A stretch of 64,000 nucleotides of DNA from Octopus sinensis (GCF_006345805.1 NC_043002.1:56048001-56112000), one strand, 5' to 3'. Shown: positions 50,530 to 63,530, numbered from the stretch's first letter. Notes: generated by a model not told the origin, from the sequence alone. Numbers and translations: made by a program.

Positions 50530-52550
50530 AAATTTTTAATTCCAAAATGGCAGAATGACCAGCACAGACAAAATGCTTAGCATTTCTTCTAGCTTTTTAT
50601 GTTTTGAATTCAAATTCCACTGAGGTCAACTTAACCTTTCACCTTTTCAGGGTCAATAAAATAAAGTACCAACTGAGCACTGGGGTCAATGTAACTGACT
50701 TGTTCTCTCTGCCTAATGTTGGTGCCCTTATACCAAAATGTAAAACTGTTAATTTTTTTTAACCACTTCCACCGTTTTAGCTTAAAAAAAAAAAAAACTT
50801 TCATAAGTTCAAAGTTTCTGTTTTTATTATTTTTCAAAAATTTACAGCTCTTTCAAACATAAATTTTCATGATCATTTACTGTCCTCGTTCCCTGCAGGC
50901 ATGGGCTTCGCAGTCCTTTGGCTTGTCAGCTCCTTTCAAACCATGCCAGCAGGGAACAAGGTCATTAAACAATAACAAACTATTCTTGAAAGATCTCTGT
51001 AATTTTTTTTTTTTTTTTTTTTTTTTTGGTATTTCAAAAGAATTTTAGTTTCCCTCCAAATTTATGCAATAAAATGTCTCTCAACCAATAAGTAAGCTAT
51101 CTCTTTCTCCTTCACCCATGACACACACACAAAAAAAAACATCAGATATCTCACACAAAATAACCTACCTGTGCCCATTATGTTTACTTGAAAATGCTTG
51201 ATATTTTAATTTAAGGTAAAGAAATAAATGACCTTGGTGTAAATTTATGCTTGGCTTTTATATAACCCTTCCCTGTTGTTAGACAAGATTATCGCTGTTC
51301 ACTTGCCAGTCAAGCAACATACAAATGAAACTAGCTTTCAGCACTTTTACTATGCTCTAATTCCTTTCAACACAGGAATGCATACTACCACATTTCATTT
51401 TCTCATTTCCTTTCTATTTATTATTATCATGATGTTAAGTCCTCTAACTGGTGACATTTAAATAACTGCGCAAAAAGTGGTCCTTTCAAAATATCCTGAC
51501 ATTTCTCCTCTTTCATAACAAAAGAACAGCAATTCTAAGCTAGTCAAAGAAAGAGACTAGGGAATTACAACAAATCTAAACTAGTCAATGATACAGACCT
51601 AGAAATTCTATTTTTCAGAGCATTTCTCACATAAACTTATATTTTCTAAGATTTCCCATTTTCTTACTGTTGTGATAAGTTCAGTTGAGAGTGTGAGTGC
51701 TGACTGAGAAAACTTTTTTTATATATGTTGTAATATCCAAGACTACTTTATATGATCTATCTTTTTAGCCCTAATGTAGTATTATGTGATTTGAGGGAGA
51801 TTTGGCTGCTATATCTAACAGCCTCAGGCCATATTAGTAGTAGCTTTTGACAGGTGTTCAGTATTAACTTGTAAGGTAAGCTCATTTCCTCTTTACTTAG
51901 AAGCTTCGATCTCTTGGCAGAAGAATAGAGATAAGTAGACATTCACAACGGCTAATGAGCCAAAAACCAGTCTTTCCATAATGTCCACAGCTTCACACAG
52001 TATTTAGCACATACGCCTCCTCCTTACATTGTGGATTCCATAGGCAGAAACTGAAAGAAACCTGCCGTATAAGTGTGTTCATCCTTCCCCACTAAAAACA
52101 TTCTTTAAAGTGATGCCCCAGCATGGCCACAGTCAAATGACTGAAACAAGTAAAAGCTAAGTCATACAATATGCTTTAGGGTTGGGTTAGGGTTAATAAG
52201 AATTTTAAACAGTTTTAGAGGAGCAAAATTAACCGATGCCCTTTCAGTACAGAAAACAGAGAGCAGTAATGATTGTTATACAAACTATGTGGAAATAGGC
52301 ACAGGAGTGGCTGTGTGATAAGTAGCTTGCTGCACAACCACATGGTTCCGGGTTCAGTCCCACTGTGTGGCACCTTGGCCAAGTGTCTTCTACTACAGCC
52401 TCAGACCCACCAAAGCTTTGTGAGTGGATTTAGTAGACGGAAACTGGAAGAAGCCCATTGTGTACGTACGTACGTACGTACGTACATACATACATACATA
52501 CATACATACATACATACATACATACATACATACATACATACATACATACA

Positions 52551-52583
<33 letters not shown>

Positions 52584-54035
52584 GTGTCGGTGGCACATAA
52601 AAAACACCATCCGAGCATGGCCGTCTGCCAGCCTCGACTGGCACCTGTGTCGGTGGCACATAAAATCACCCACTACACTCTCGGAGTGGTTGGCGTTAGG
52701 AAGGGCATCCAGCTGTAGAAACACTGCCAGATCTGACTGGCCTGGTGCAGCCTTCGGGCTTGCCAGACCCCAGTTGAACCGTCCAACCCATGCTAGCATG
52801 GAAAGCGGACGTTAAATGATGATGATGATGATGATTCCCTCTCTCTCTTTCGGAGAGGCACTGAGCAGCTATACGCACACATACACATACGGCAGTAACT
52901 TCCGCCTACCGAATTCAATCACAAAGCTTCGGTCGACTCGGGGCTATAGTGGAAGACACCTACACAAAGTGCCACGCAGTGGGACTGAACCCGAAACCAT
53001 GTAGCTAGGAAGCAAGCTCCATGTATGTATGTATGTATGTATTTGTGTGTCTGTGTTTGTCCCCACTGCCATAGCTTGACAACCGATGCTGGTATGTTTA
53101 TGTCCCTGTAACTTAGCAGTTCGGCAAAAGAGACCAATAGAATAAGTACTATGCTGGGATTAATTTCTTTGACTAACACCCTTTAAGACAGTGCTCCAGC
53201 ATGGCCGCAGTCAGCATGGCCACAGTCAAATGACAAACAAATAAAAGAATGAAAAAATATGTTGATGGGCTTATAGTCAATAAGTCTCTCTCTCTCTCTC
53301 TGTAGTTATATAAATTCCACACAATCCTGCTTTCACATTTTCTGGACTATTTATAAACACTCACTGAATTGCCATGGGTGACACTCCTTACTTCAAAAGG
53401 ATCGATTCACTATTATGTAATATTCTCAGAATAATTAACCTCCTCATTTCAATTACTGCTACACTTATCATTGTTTTCAACAGCCACTTTTCCATACTTG
53501 CATGGGTTAAATGGAATTTGTTGAAGTGGATTTTCTACAGCTGAAGACCCTTCTTGTTTCCAACCCTCGCCTGTTCTCAAGCAAGGTGATATTTTCCCAT
53601 GGCCAGACATGTTTCCATGGAAGATTGGAAATGAAGGACACTGCTTGTAAGACAGTGATACTCATTTACAACTGTCAAGTGAATTGCTGACAACATATTG
53701 TACACATTAAAAGTTATCAAACCTATATTAGTCAGTGATAAATATAATTTATTTATTTTCCAATTATTGCGGAATTTTATTTAAATCCTCATTCTCTCAT
53801 TAGCAACTTTCTTCATTCTTTTTTCTTTTACTTGTTTTATTGCAGCCATGCTGGAGCACCGCCTTTAGTCGAACAAATCGACCCCAGGACTTATTCTTTG
53901 TAAGCCTAGTACTTATTCTATCAGTCTCTTTTGCCAAACTGCTAAGTTACGGGGACGTAAACACACCAAAATCAGTTGTCAAGCGATAGTGTGCAAACAA
54001 ACACAAACACACAAATACATACATACATATATATA

Positions 54036-54074
<39 letters not shown>

Positions 54075-54242
54075 ACAGGCTTCTTTCACTTTCCGTCTAC
54101 CAAATCCACTCACAAGGCTTTGGTTGGCCCGAGGCTATAGTAGAAGACACTTGCCCAAGGTGCCACAAAGTGAGACTGAACCCAGACCATGTGGTTGGGA
54201 AGCAAGCTTTTTACCCCACAGCCACACACACACACACATACA

Positions 54243-54279
<37 letters not shown>

Positions 54280-57019
54280 ATCTTTTACTTGTCATTGGAC
54301 TGGTCATACTGGGGCACTGTCTTGAAGTGGTTTAATCAAACAAATCAACTCAAATACTTTTTTTTTTTAGATATATTGTGTGTGTGGCTGTATGGTAAGA
54401 AACTTGCTTACCAACCACATGGTTCCGAGTTCACTCCCACTGCATGGCACCTTGAGCGAGTGTCGTCTACTATAGCCTCGGGCCGACCAAAGCCTTGTGA
54501 GTGGATTTGGTAGACGGAAACTGAAAGAAGCCCGCCACATGTGTGTGTGTGTGTGTGTGTGTTCGTCCTCCCACCATCGCTTGGCGATTGATGTTGGTGT
54601 GTTTACGTCCCCGTAATTTAGCGGTTCAGCCAAGGAGCCGATAGAATAGGTACTAGGCTTACAAAAGAATAAGTCCTGGCGTCGATTTGTTTGATTAATT
54701 GTAGTGCTCCAGCATGGGTGCAGTCAAATGACTGAAACAAGTAAACGAAAGATATAAAAAAAAAAAAAGAAGAATACTCATTCTCTTAGTCTTTCTTGCT
54801 GGACGAGCAAGTCACGGGAATGTAAAGAAACCACCACCACTTGTTAAGCGGTAGTGGGGAACACAGACTTTCAGTTTCCATCAACCAAATTCATTCACAA
54901 AGCTTTGGTTGGCGACAGTTAAAGACACTTGACCAAGATGGAGAGAGAGAGAGAGAGAGGGAGAGAGAGAGCATGTATGTGTGCACACGTATTGTGTTGT
55001 ATTTAATTACTTGTCTCAGTGCGTCAACAGCACAAAGTTGTCGACTGATATGCAGCATGTGGTGATGACTCCATTTGTGCGTTAGTTCTACCAAACGGTG
55101 TTAAAAGTGCGAAGTAGAAAAGAGAAGGGGGAAAAAAACGATAAAATTATAGAGAAGCTTCAACACAGAGACAAACTGAGAAGAGGAAAGAAGAGAAAAG
55201 CATGAAGAAAGTGGGGGCAGGTGGGGGTGGAATAGCATGAGTGAAAAAAAAAAAGTTACGAGAATGAGGAAAGAGAAAAGAATACAGAGTGAATAAGCGA
55301 AGACGAAAGAAGAAAACTGTGTCAGATGAGAAGTTAAAAAGATAAAAAAAAAAAAAAAGTCAACTAGTTGCTTATATCTCACATTTCAATTAATTATTTT
55401 AGTTGCAGAATAAACTAAAATAACTGAAGAAGAAAATATAAGATAGAAAAAGAGGGGAAAATATGCTAAAACAAGAATAATACATTAATGTTTGTATAAG
55501 TCAGCCATTGAAAAGGATATGATCTTAGTGTCAGGATGTGGGACAATATTATTATTCTTACAGCAATGTCAGTCAGTCATATGATTGTCACCCTAACACA
55601 CATCAACAGGCCGAGTTTGATGAAGAATTTGCGGCAGATTCTGGTTGCTAACGTGTATTACTCTTTCGAGGAAACTATTACATGCTTCGTGTCAGCCCCT
55701 TAAATTATGCCTTATGATTTAGCTGTGATGGGAGTTATTGCTAATTGTTAATGACTTATGTTTAATATCGGTTTCAAATTTTGGCACAAAGCCAGCAATT
55801 TTGGAAGGAAGGGTTAAGTCGATTAGACTTATCGCTCCTGAAAGTATGAAAGGTAAAGTAAACATAAAAACGTATAAAATGCTTCACAGCATTTTGTCCG
55901 GGATGCTAGCGATTCAGCCACCAGGTCCCCTTCCTTCGATGAAAGTATGCATGCTTCAACAACAGCCCCTAAAATTGTGTGTTATGATATGATATGTCAG
56001 TGCATTGGAATAAGCACCCAGTACACTCTGTGCAGTGGTTAGCACTAGGAAGGACATACAACCATAGCAACCATGCTGAAGCAAACATTGGAACTTGGTG
56101 CAATCCTCTGACTTGCGAGCTCCTGCTGAATCATCTAACCAATGCCAACATGGAAAATGGATATTCAATGGTTATGATTCTCCATGCTCACATGGATCAG
56201 ACAGAATTTATTGAGGCAAGTTTTCTATAATTGGATGCCCATACTACCAACAACCCTCACATGTGTCCAAGAAATGTAAAATTTCCTCATGGAAGACTGG
56301 AAACAAACAACACCACTTGTATGATGGTGATGCTTGTTTACAATCATCGCATGATGTTAAGGAAAGGACACACACACAATAAGCCTTCTTCTGGTTTCTA
56401 CTAAATTCACTCAGGGCTTTGGCCATGTGGACTCTGGGTCAGCGCCTAAGGCACCATGTTGTGGGACTGGATTACACGTTTAGGAAGCAAGCTCAACTAC
56501 CCATCCATGCCTGTCCCAACTGATTAAAAACATTTCAGCTGTTTCCCTCTCATCTTTTGTTTTATTAGCTGTGGAACCTAACACTACATTGTGTCCTTTC
56601 CTATGATGGTGGTATAATATGGTTGCCATTCCCCACCACCGTAGGTTGAGTGACCAGACTGAGAGACTCCCACACTGACCAAGCTGTCAGTCCTCTATGA
56701 TTGATGGTAGACATTAACAGTCCATTAGATCTTTTATACAGACCCCTTGTGTAATACGAGAAGATAGCTAAGACTACACTACAGCCAATGTAGTCTTCTG
56801 TATATTATTTAATGGCCAGCTTCCATGCTGCCATGGGTTGGACAGTTTAACAGGATCCACTGGAGCCATGGACTGCATCATGCTCTATTTTGGCATGAGG
56901 CATATAGTTTCTATAGCTGGATGCCCTTACTAACACCAACCACTTTGAAATAATACATTTCTAAATCTCTTAAAGAAATTTATGCAGTAGCGGCACGATA
57001 AAGCGATAATATGCTACTT

Positions 57020-57058
57020 CAGACTGATGATGAGCAATGACCCTGAAACTAGTCTCTG
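57020..57058 (+). ncRNA. Minimal type I hammerhead ribozyme motif
   Basis: CAGA-CTGATGA-TGAGCAATGACCCT-GAAAC-TA-GTC-TCTG: intact core, stem I CAGA/TCTG, palindromic stem III ACTAGT. Stem II is poorly paired. Confidence 0.6.
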
Positions 57059-57392
57059 GTTGCTGGTTTTGCTGGGTGGAGGTGCTTATCTCCACTTTGA
57101 AAACATGAGGACACAGGAAATGTGTCAAGTCCAACAGGAAACAGTGCTTCCTAGGGCTAAATAACAGTAGCCTTCTTCCCTTTCATGGGACTGTCATATT
57201 AAGTTGACAACATACTATCACTTTACTAGTAAAGTTGTCATGCAGCTTCCAAGACTAACTGCATGGAGACCTCACTAGTGTTGCTGGTATGAAAAAAGTA
57301 CCGTGTGTGTGTGCATTTATGTCATAATAAAAATAATTTTACATTAAAGAATAACTCAATACTTTTGGCTGAATATAAATTTATTATTCTTT

Positions 57393-57493
57393 CACAAAAA
57401 TAGTATTGGCAACGACTTCTAAGTTTCGACCAGCTAAGCCATCCTGGCTTAGCTTGCCAAAACTTTGAAGTCACTATCAATATTGTCCTTGTT
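57393..57493. repeat. ~100-nt imperfect hairpin
   Basis: AGTATTGGCAACGACTTCTAAGTTTCGACCAGCTAAGCCA-TCC-TGGCTTAGCTTGCCAAAACTTTGAAGTCACTATCAATATT. Confidence 0.8.
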
Positions 57494-58260
57494 AAAAATA
57501 TATACCATACCTTGATGCTGTGTAGACTGAGATCCCTGCTGGCTGGTCCCTAATATTTAAAATCAAGGGTTAATATTTATGCAAATTAGTATCCCCAATC
57601 TACTGTAGCTACAGGGTTTCTTGAGTCTATAAACAGATTGGCTAATTGTTTTTTGGGAATTGGTCTCTGATGAGAACCCAATCAATTAAAGCTATTCATT
57701 TTCTCAGAGAAACAGCTAATTAATCCTGTTTATAAAAGGTACTGTATAGACTCCATATAACAATTGCTATTCAGTCAGTAGATTTAAGGCAAAGTCGGCT
57801 GCCATTTCCACCAGTCAGTATGAACAGAGAGAGGATCAGGTGTAATGAAGTAATCCAAGACAGGTTAAAACTACTGAGTTATTCATAAAATCTGATCGGT
57901 GACAGGGGTGGGGGGAAGACTGCCCATAAACTGACTTGTAAAGGTCACCGTTTTCATTGTGCATAAGTAATTAATAACTCTGTTTACTTTGGTAGACAGA
58001 CAGACAGGTGACAGATAGATAGATAGATCGACAGAGATTGATCTCCAATCAATGGGACAGCCTATTCTATTCTTTACTTGTTTCAGTCATTTAACTGCAG
58101 CAATGCTGGAGCACCAGCTTTAGTCGAGCAAATCAACCCCAGGACTTATTCTTTGTAAGCCTAGTACTTGTTCTATTGGTCTCTTTTGCTGAACCACTAA
58201 GTTACAGGGATGTAAACACACCAGCATCAGTTGTCAAGCAATTGTGGGGGGAGGGGGCAA

Positions 58261-58327
<67 letters not shown>

Positions 58328-59065
58328 CAAGGGGCTTCTTTCAGTTTCTGTCTACCAAATCCACTGTCAAGGCTTTGGTCGGCCCGACGCTATAGTAGAA
58401 AACACTTGCCCAAAGTGCCACGCAGTGGGACTAAACCTGGAACCATGTGGTTGGTAAGCAAGCTATTCACCACACATTAACGTGCAAGTGGCTGAGTACT
58501 CCACAGACACACAAACCCTTAACGTAGTTCTCAGAGAGAATCAGTACAACACAGAGTGTGACATGGCTGGCCCTTTGATTTACAGATGTGAAATTAAATG
58601 TTTGGCTCAAAGACACAATGTGCCACCAGGAATTGAACTCACAACCTTACAACCAATGAGCCAACATACCCTAACCACTGGGCCACATGCCTTCACCTGG
58701 GAGCTCTACCATTTCTGGTAATGTTGACACGGTAAAGAGCATCTCACTTCTACACAGAAGATACATCAGTGGTTCTCATCCAGGGTCAACTATAAGATTG
58801 GAGGTGGGGGCCTCACGCTAGCAAAACAGTAAACTGGGGATCCACAGAAGCATTTTAAGTGTCCATGTAAAGTTTTCATTTTAATGTATTTATTGCTAGA
58901 AACGAGTTTCTTTCTCTAAAAATTTACAGAGTTTAACCTGCACAAGTTAATGCTTGAAAAACAAAATAAGAATTTTGAAAAAAAGAATCTCTAAAACTAG
59001 TTTTTAAACATTGAATGGCTAAGGGGGTCCACCAGAAAAAATGATAATGAAAAGGGTCTGTAGAT

Positions 59066-59871
59066 CAGTGCTCCACAACCAGTGGCAAACTGGTGTGCCG
59101 CAAGACAATGCCAGGTGTGCTGCAGCGGAACCTGAATATAATTTTTTTCCCTGTACTTTGTTATATTTTTAGTTCAGGTGTGCTGCCGAATTTTTAAAAG
59201 AATATACAGTGGGGGGAAATAAATATTGTCGAGAAGAATGGGAAAAAATTCCTAAAGAAACATGCGAGTCATTAAGAACTAGAAGAAGAGATTGGTTGAA
59301 GTAGAACTGAATAATGGTTATGCTATGAAGTATTAAATCAGAATTATCAGTTATTTATGTTCTGTATGAATACTTTTTGCACCTCTAAATGTTTATAAGC
59401 AATAATAAATCTCAGAGCGAGTTATAAATAGTAGCTACAACGCATTGTGACGTATATTTGCCATTTAAATATGGTTAACCCCTAAGGGTGGATGCTACTG
59501 TAGTTTGTAGCCCCAGGAGGACACCTCCTGGGTGTCTATGGCCAGCTGGAGGAGGTGTCCTCCTGGGGCTACAAACTACAGTAGCATCCACCCTTAGGGC
59601 TTAGCCATATTTAAATGGCAAATATACGTCACTAAATATTTATAATTGTATATAAATTCATTAGTTACTATAATTTTGCATATTCTTAGTTTATGCATGT
59701 GTATGCAAATATAGTATTGGTATATCCCATTTATGTTCATTAGAAATTAAATAAATAAAGAATTTTGGCATGTACGAATATTTATTTCCTCCCACTGTAA
59801 GTGTACTGCAAGTGTACACTTTTGAAAAGAATATAAGTGTACTGCAAGTGAAAAAAGGTTGCAGAGTATTG
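59066..59871. mobile_element. hAT/Charlie-like non-autonomous element nested inside the previous one
   Basis: TIRs CAGTGCTCCACAACC...GGTTGCAGAGTATTG. 8-bp TSD CTGTAGAT/CCGTAGAT (one CpG transition). Internal GGTGTGCCGC-like motifs. Confidence 0.75.
59409..59632 (+). repeat. Fold-back (palindromic) element, copy 2
   Basis: 59447-59632 is a near-perfect inverted repeat (GTGACGTATATTTGCC...GGCAAATATACGTCAC). It is homologous to 5185-5422, including a ~38-bp one-sided extension. Confidence 0.9.
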
Positions 59872-60776
59872 CCGTAGATTGAAAAGAAAAGGGGGATTGA
59901 GAGCCACTGAGATACATCAACTAAAGGCTTGTTATGACGGTTCATCCTTATCACTAATACAAAATAATAACACCAGCCACTAGCAGCAGGTCTTGTGATA
60001 TTTTGTAACTGTGTTTTGTGGGATCTTCACATGCTATTATCTTCTAGCAGAATAGAAGCCTGGTTTGAGAGAGAGAAAGAAAGGTTGGGGTTGTGAAGAA
60101 GATGCAGCTGTAACAAAGTGGTACTCCTACTTGACAGAAACTGATAGCATGATATGTCAAGTGATATAGAAATAAAAATAACTCATTCAGATGGAGTCAG
60201 ACTTTGGTATGAGCCATAGATTCGTGACCAATTATTATCATAAGACTTGAGAACAGCATACACACATACACATAATATTATCTCAAAACACTCCTTATTT
60301 ACAACAAAATTTGGCACTAGGCAAGGCCCAAGGTTCTTTTGGGTTTTTTTTTTTTTTCCTAAAGTAAAGGAAAACAGAATGATGCTCTTCCACCAGAATG
60401 TTATCTGGTGTGAGAGGTTAGGGTTAGCTTCAACTCTTGTTTTGATTATACAACTTGAGACATTCCCCACATTCAGTGATGGTTAGCTAAGAAATAATTG
60501 GGGGGAGTGCCTAGTTGATTACATGGGCCTCAGTGGTCGACCCCAAAAGGATGAAGGGCAAAGTCTATTATAGTAGGATCTGAACTCAGAACATAAAGAC
60601 AGACAAAATACCAGTACGATTTTGCCTGGACGTGATTCTGCCAGCTCACTACTTTAATAATAATAATAATAATAATAATCCTTTCTGCTATAGACACAAG
60701 GCTTGAAATTTTGGGGGAAGGAACTAATTGATCACATCAAACCCCAGAACTCAACTGGTACTTAATTTATTGACCA

Positions 60777-61200
60777 CCGTGTGCTTTGGTCATCCATCTG
60801 AACATCGATCGCTGACACTTTCGGCCGATCTGTCCAGGTTAGGCGTCCCTACACTCACACACTATCAATGTTGTTGCTGTTCCCACTGCCTCGCGCACGG
60901 TTGAACGCACCCATCCATATCTAAGAATTGGGTTTATTACAGGTACGACCTGGCTTCTCTGTGACGCTAGTGATGATGATGATGCTAGTGATGATGATGA
61001 TGATGATGCTTCCATGCTTTCTGAGATTCGCCAACACTACACCTGATTTTCTCCCCTCCAGACACACACAAGCATGTATCTGACTCATACATTGTTCGCT
61101 TTCCAGACATTTGTACATTACTGCATATACTCTATACGCACTTTCTGACAAGTTGTGGTGCACCTGAGCACTGTATACAATAATTTCATTATTATTATTA
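60777..61200 (+). mobile_element. LINE-like 3' fragment with an (ATT)n tail interrupting a Meta-domain SINE
   Basis: Ends GCACTGTATACAATAATTTCATTATTATTATTA. SINE sequence resumes on both sides. Clade not determinable. Confidence 0.5.
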
Positions 61201-61342
61201 TGATGAAAAGGATGAAAGTTGACATCAGCAAAATTTGAACTCAGATTGGAGTGACAGGCGAAATACAGCTAAGCATTTTGTCCAGTGAGCTAACAATTCT
61301 GCCAGCTCACTGCCTTAATACTAATGATAATAATAATAATAA

Positions 61343-61598
61343 GTGTGGTAGTGGTACCAATAATTGTTGGAGCTCTGGGAACAGTGAGTAAAAATCTCAA
61401 GTACATGGAACAAATAGGGGCTGCAATAAGGGTGGAGCACTTGCAGAAAACAGCACTACTTGGAACCGCTCAAATACTCCAGAAGGTGCTCGAAAAATAA
61501 GAGGTGTTACATTAGTTCACTGGTAGTGAACAGCTGACACTGTAGTACATCTCCAGAGTTAGAAGCTGTGCAAAGGCAATGATAATAATAATAATAAC
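61343..61598 (+). mobile_element. 3' fragment of a Dong/R4 retrotransposon inserted in (TAA)n
   Basis: Encodes VVVVPIIVGALGTVSKNL/KYMEQIG...LQKTALLGTAQILQKVLEK* (stop 61498-61500). TAA repeats on both sides match the known Dong target. Confidence 0.85.
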
Positions 61599-62519
61599 CT
61601 GACAACTTCCTGTGTTTTTGTTTTTGTTGTTATTTATTTTATTTTTATTGAAAATATATTAAGTCTTAGAACTGGGAAATTTGATCTGGTAATCAAGAAA
61701 ATCTAAAGTAAAAGGAAGTTATAGATCGCTGCTATTAGATATACATACACTTATTTTACATAGGCACTAACACGAAAACATGCGCCAACATATCCTCAAA
61801 ATACACACATTGATACCTAGTAATACCTATTCATACAGACACATACACACACTCATGCGCACCCACGCACACACACATAAATGCTAGTCAACTAAGAGAT
61901 CTAAGATGAGGTAGATGAAACAAATTATAGCCTGCTACCATCTTATCTCACCCTCCCTCATCCATCAATAACCGAACTTGCTAGCCACTTTTTCACTTGA
62001 ATTGGCACAGCTAGTTATGGAGAAGAGAAACACACAGACACACAGACAGACTGTGTGTTGTATTAGTAGGTTATACTAATTAGGACACTTCCAGCACCCC
62101 ACCACCACCACCATTACTATCAATCTTGGCTACCATCATTATACATACCACTATCATTTCAATACGCCTTCTATTAACATCAATTTATTTCCAACTACCT
62201 TAACTTATCAACAATGTTAAATATCACTCTATGTACTCTGTGTATGTGTGTGTGCATACATACTTTCAAACATAAATAAATACAATATATACATTCATTA
62301 GATACACATCTATATCTAAGCCTAATAAGATTACCTATGAAGAAAAACCAAACAATACCAAAGTAAGTGATCCCCACAAACCCTGAACCCACAAACATTT
62401 TCTACCTTACAAGACTACGGGACAACCCAGAATAACAAGATTAAAATAAAAGAAATTTACAAAACAAGCGTAATGTATGTACATTCCCATCATCAGCTGC
62501 CCATACAGTTATCATTATG

Positions 62520-63075
62520 GTTTCGACACCTAGGCAGTGCCATTCAATCCAGGAGTGGTGTCCACAGCAGTAAAAATTTTAAAGTTGCCTGGGGAATCCA
62601 CCAGCTTATTACTAAAAGTAACAACAGAAGAGTAAAGAAATAGTGATTATTTATAGCTAAGTAACTTGCAGAGGCAAGTGGTACCGTTTGAAAGCTCCAC
62701 ATACTGGACACTAGCAGGCTTATGGAGTCATCAGGAGAGAATGCATGCCATTGAAGGGCCTTTCTCCCAATGGCATTATTGTGCACCAACTACCCCACAC
62801 CTCACTGAGGAGGCCCCGCTTGTTAGATCAACTGGTTTCTAGACTTCACTCAATATTCTTCTAGCCATCACTCATTGTCTCTTTTTAACCAAATCCAGTG
62901 GCTTGCCTTCTTCAATGTAGTCTGGATATCACTCATTGATAGTATTTGCTTTCAGAGTTAAGACTACCAACAACAACCATCACATCACACTGTTTCCAAT
63001 GAATCCTCAACATCCAACATTGATTGGATAATGCCTCTCTGCTTTCCAGCTTGCGTCTTTTCACATTTCTCAAGG
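62520..63075 (-). mobile_element. Decayed RTE-like LINE 3' fragment (second subfamily)
   Basis: Minus-strand KLESREA..QCWMLRIHWK motif resembles the RTE/BovB post-RT region. Heavily mutated. Confidence 0.45.
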
Positions 63076-63530
63076 AATATAGGTGCAGGTGTAGTGTATA
63101 GGCAAGTGTGGCTATATGGTTAAGGAGCTGGCTTCTCAACTATGTGGTTTTGGGTTCAATTCCACTGTACAGCACATTGAACAAATGTTGTCTGTTATTT
63201 ACCTGAGACAACCAAAGATTCAAGTGGATTTCATAGACAGAAACTGAAAGAAGCCTATTGTGTGCGTGTGTGTGCGCACGTGTATACGCACTCTTGTCTT
63301 TGATATTATGTCAGGTGATTATTTTAAATTAATATCATCATACATGGAGTGGCTGCATGGTAAGAAGTTTGCTTCCCAACCACATGGTTCCTGGTTCAGC
63401 CCCACTGTGTGACACCTTGTGCAAGTGTCTTCTACTATATCCTTGGGCCAATCAAAGCCTTGTGAGTGGATTTGGGAGACGGAAACTGAAAGAAGCCCAT
63501 CGTGTATATATATATATATATATATATATA

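Larger units (their letters stand above)
49801..50532 (-). mobile_element. Composite retroposon: U2 head + 25/27-bp minisatellite + RTE-type 3' tail, flanked by a TSD
   Basis: Direct repeats TTTTTAATTCCAA(T/A)AT at 49785-49800 and 50533-50548 (15/16 identical). The tail ...AACCCATGCCAGCAGGGAAAATAGACGCTAAATGATG is in the same orientation as the U2 copy. Confidence 0.75.
58767..59909. mobile_element. hAT-type MITE (outer element of a nested stack)
   Basis: TIRs CAGTGGTTCTCA...TGAGAGCCACTG. Exact 8-bp TSD AGATACAT at 58759-58766 and 59910-59917. Confidence 0.85.

Noticed and set aside
52176-52195. TTAGGG telomere-like repeats
   Set aside because: Only about three degenerate units, too short to call an interstitial telomere.
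62665-62740. Minus-strand CTGATGA-CTCCA...TGGAG as a hammerhead
   Set aside because: The helix is followed by CTTTCAAAC rather than GAAA, so the core is incomplete.
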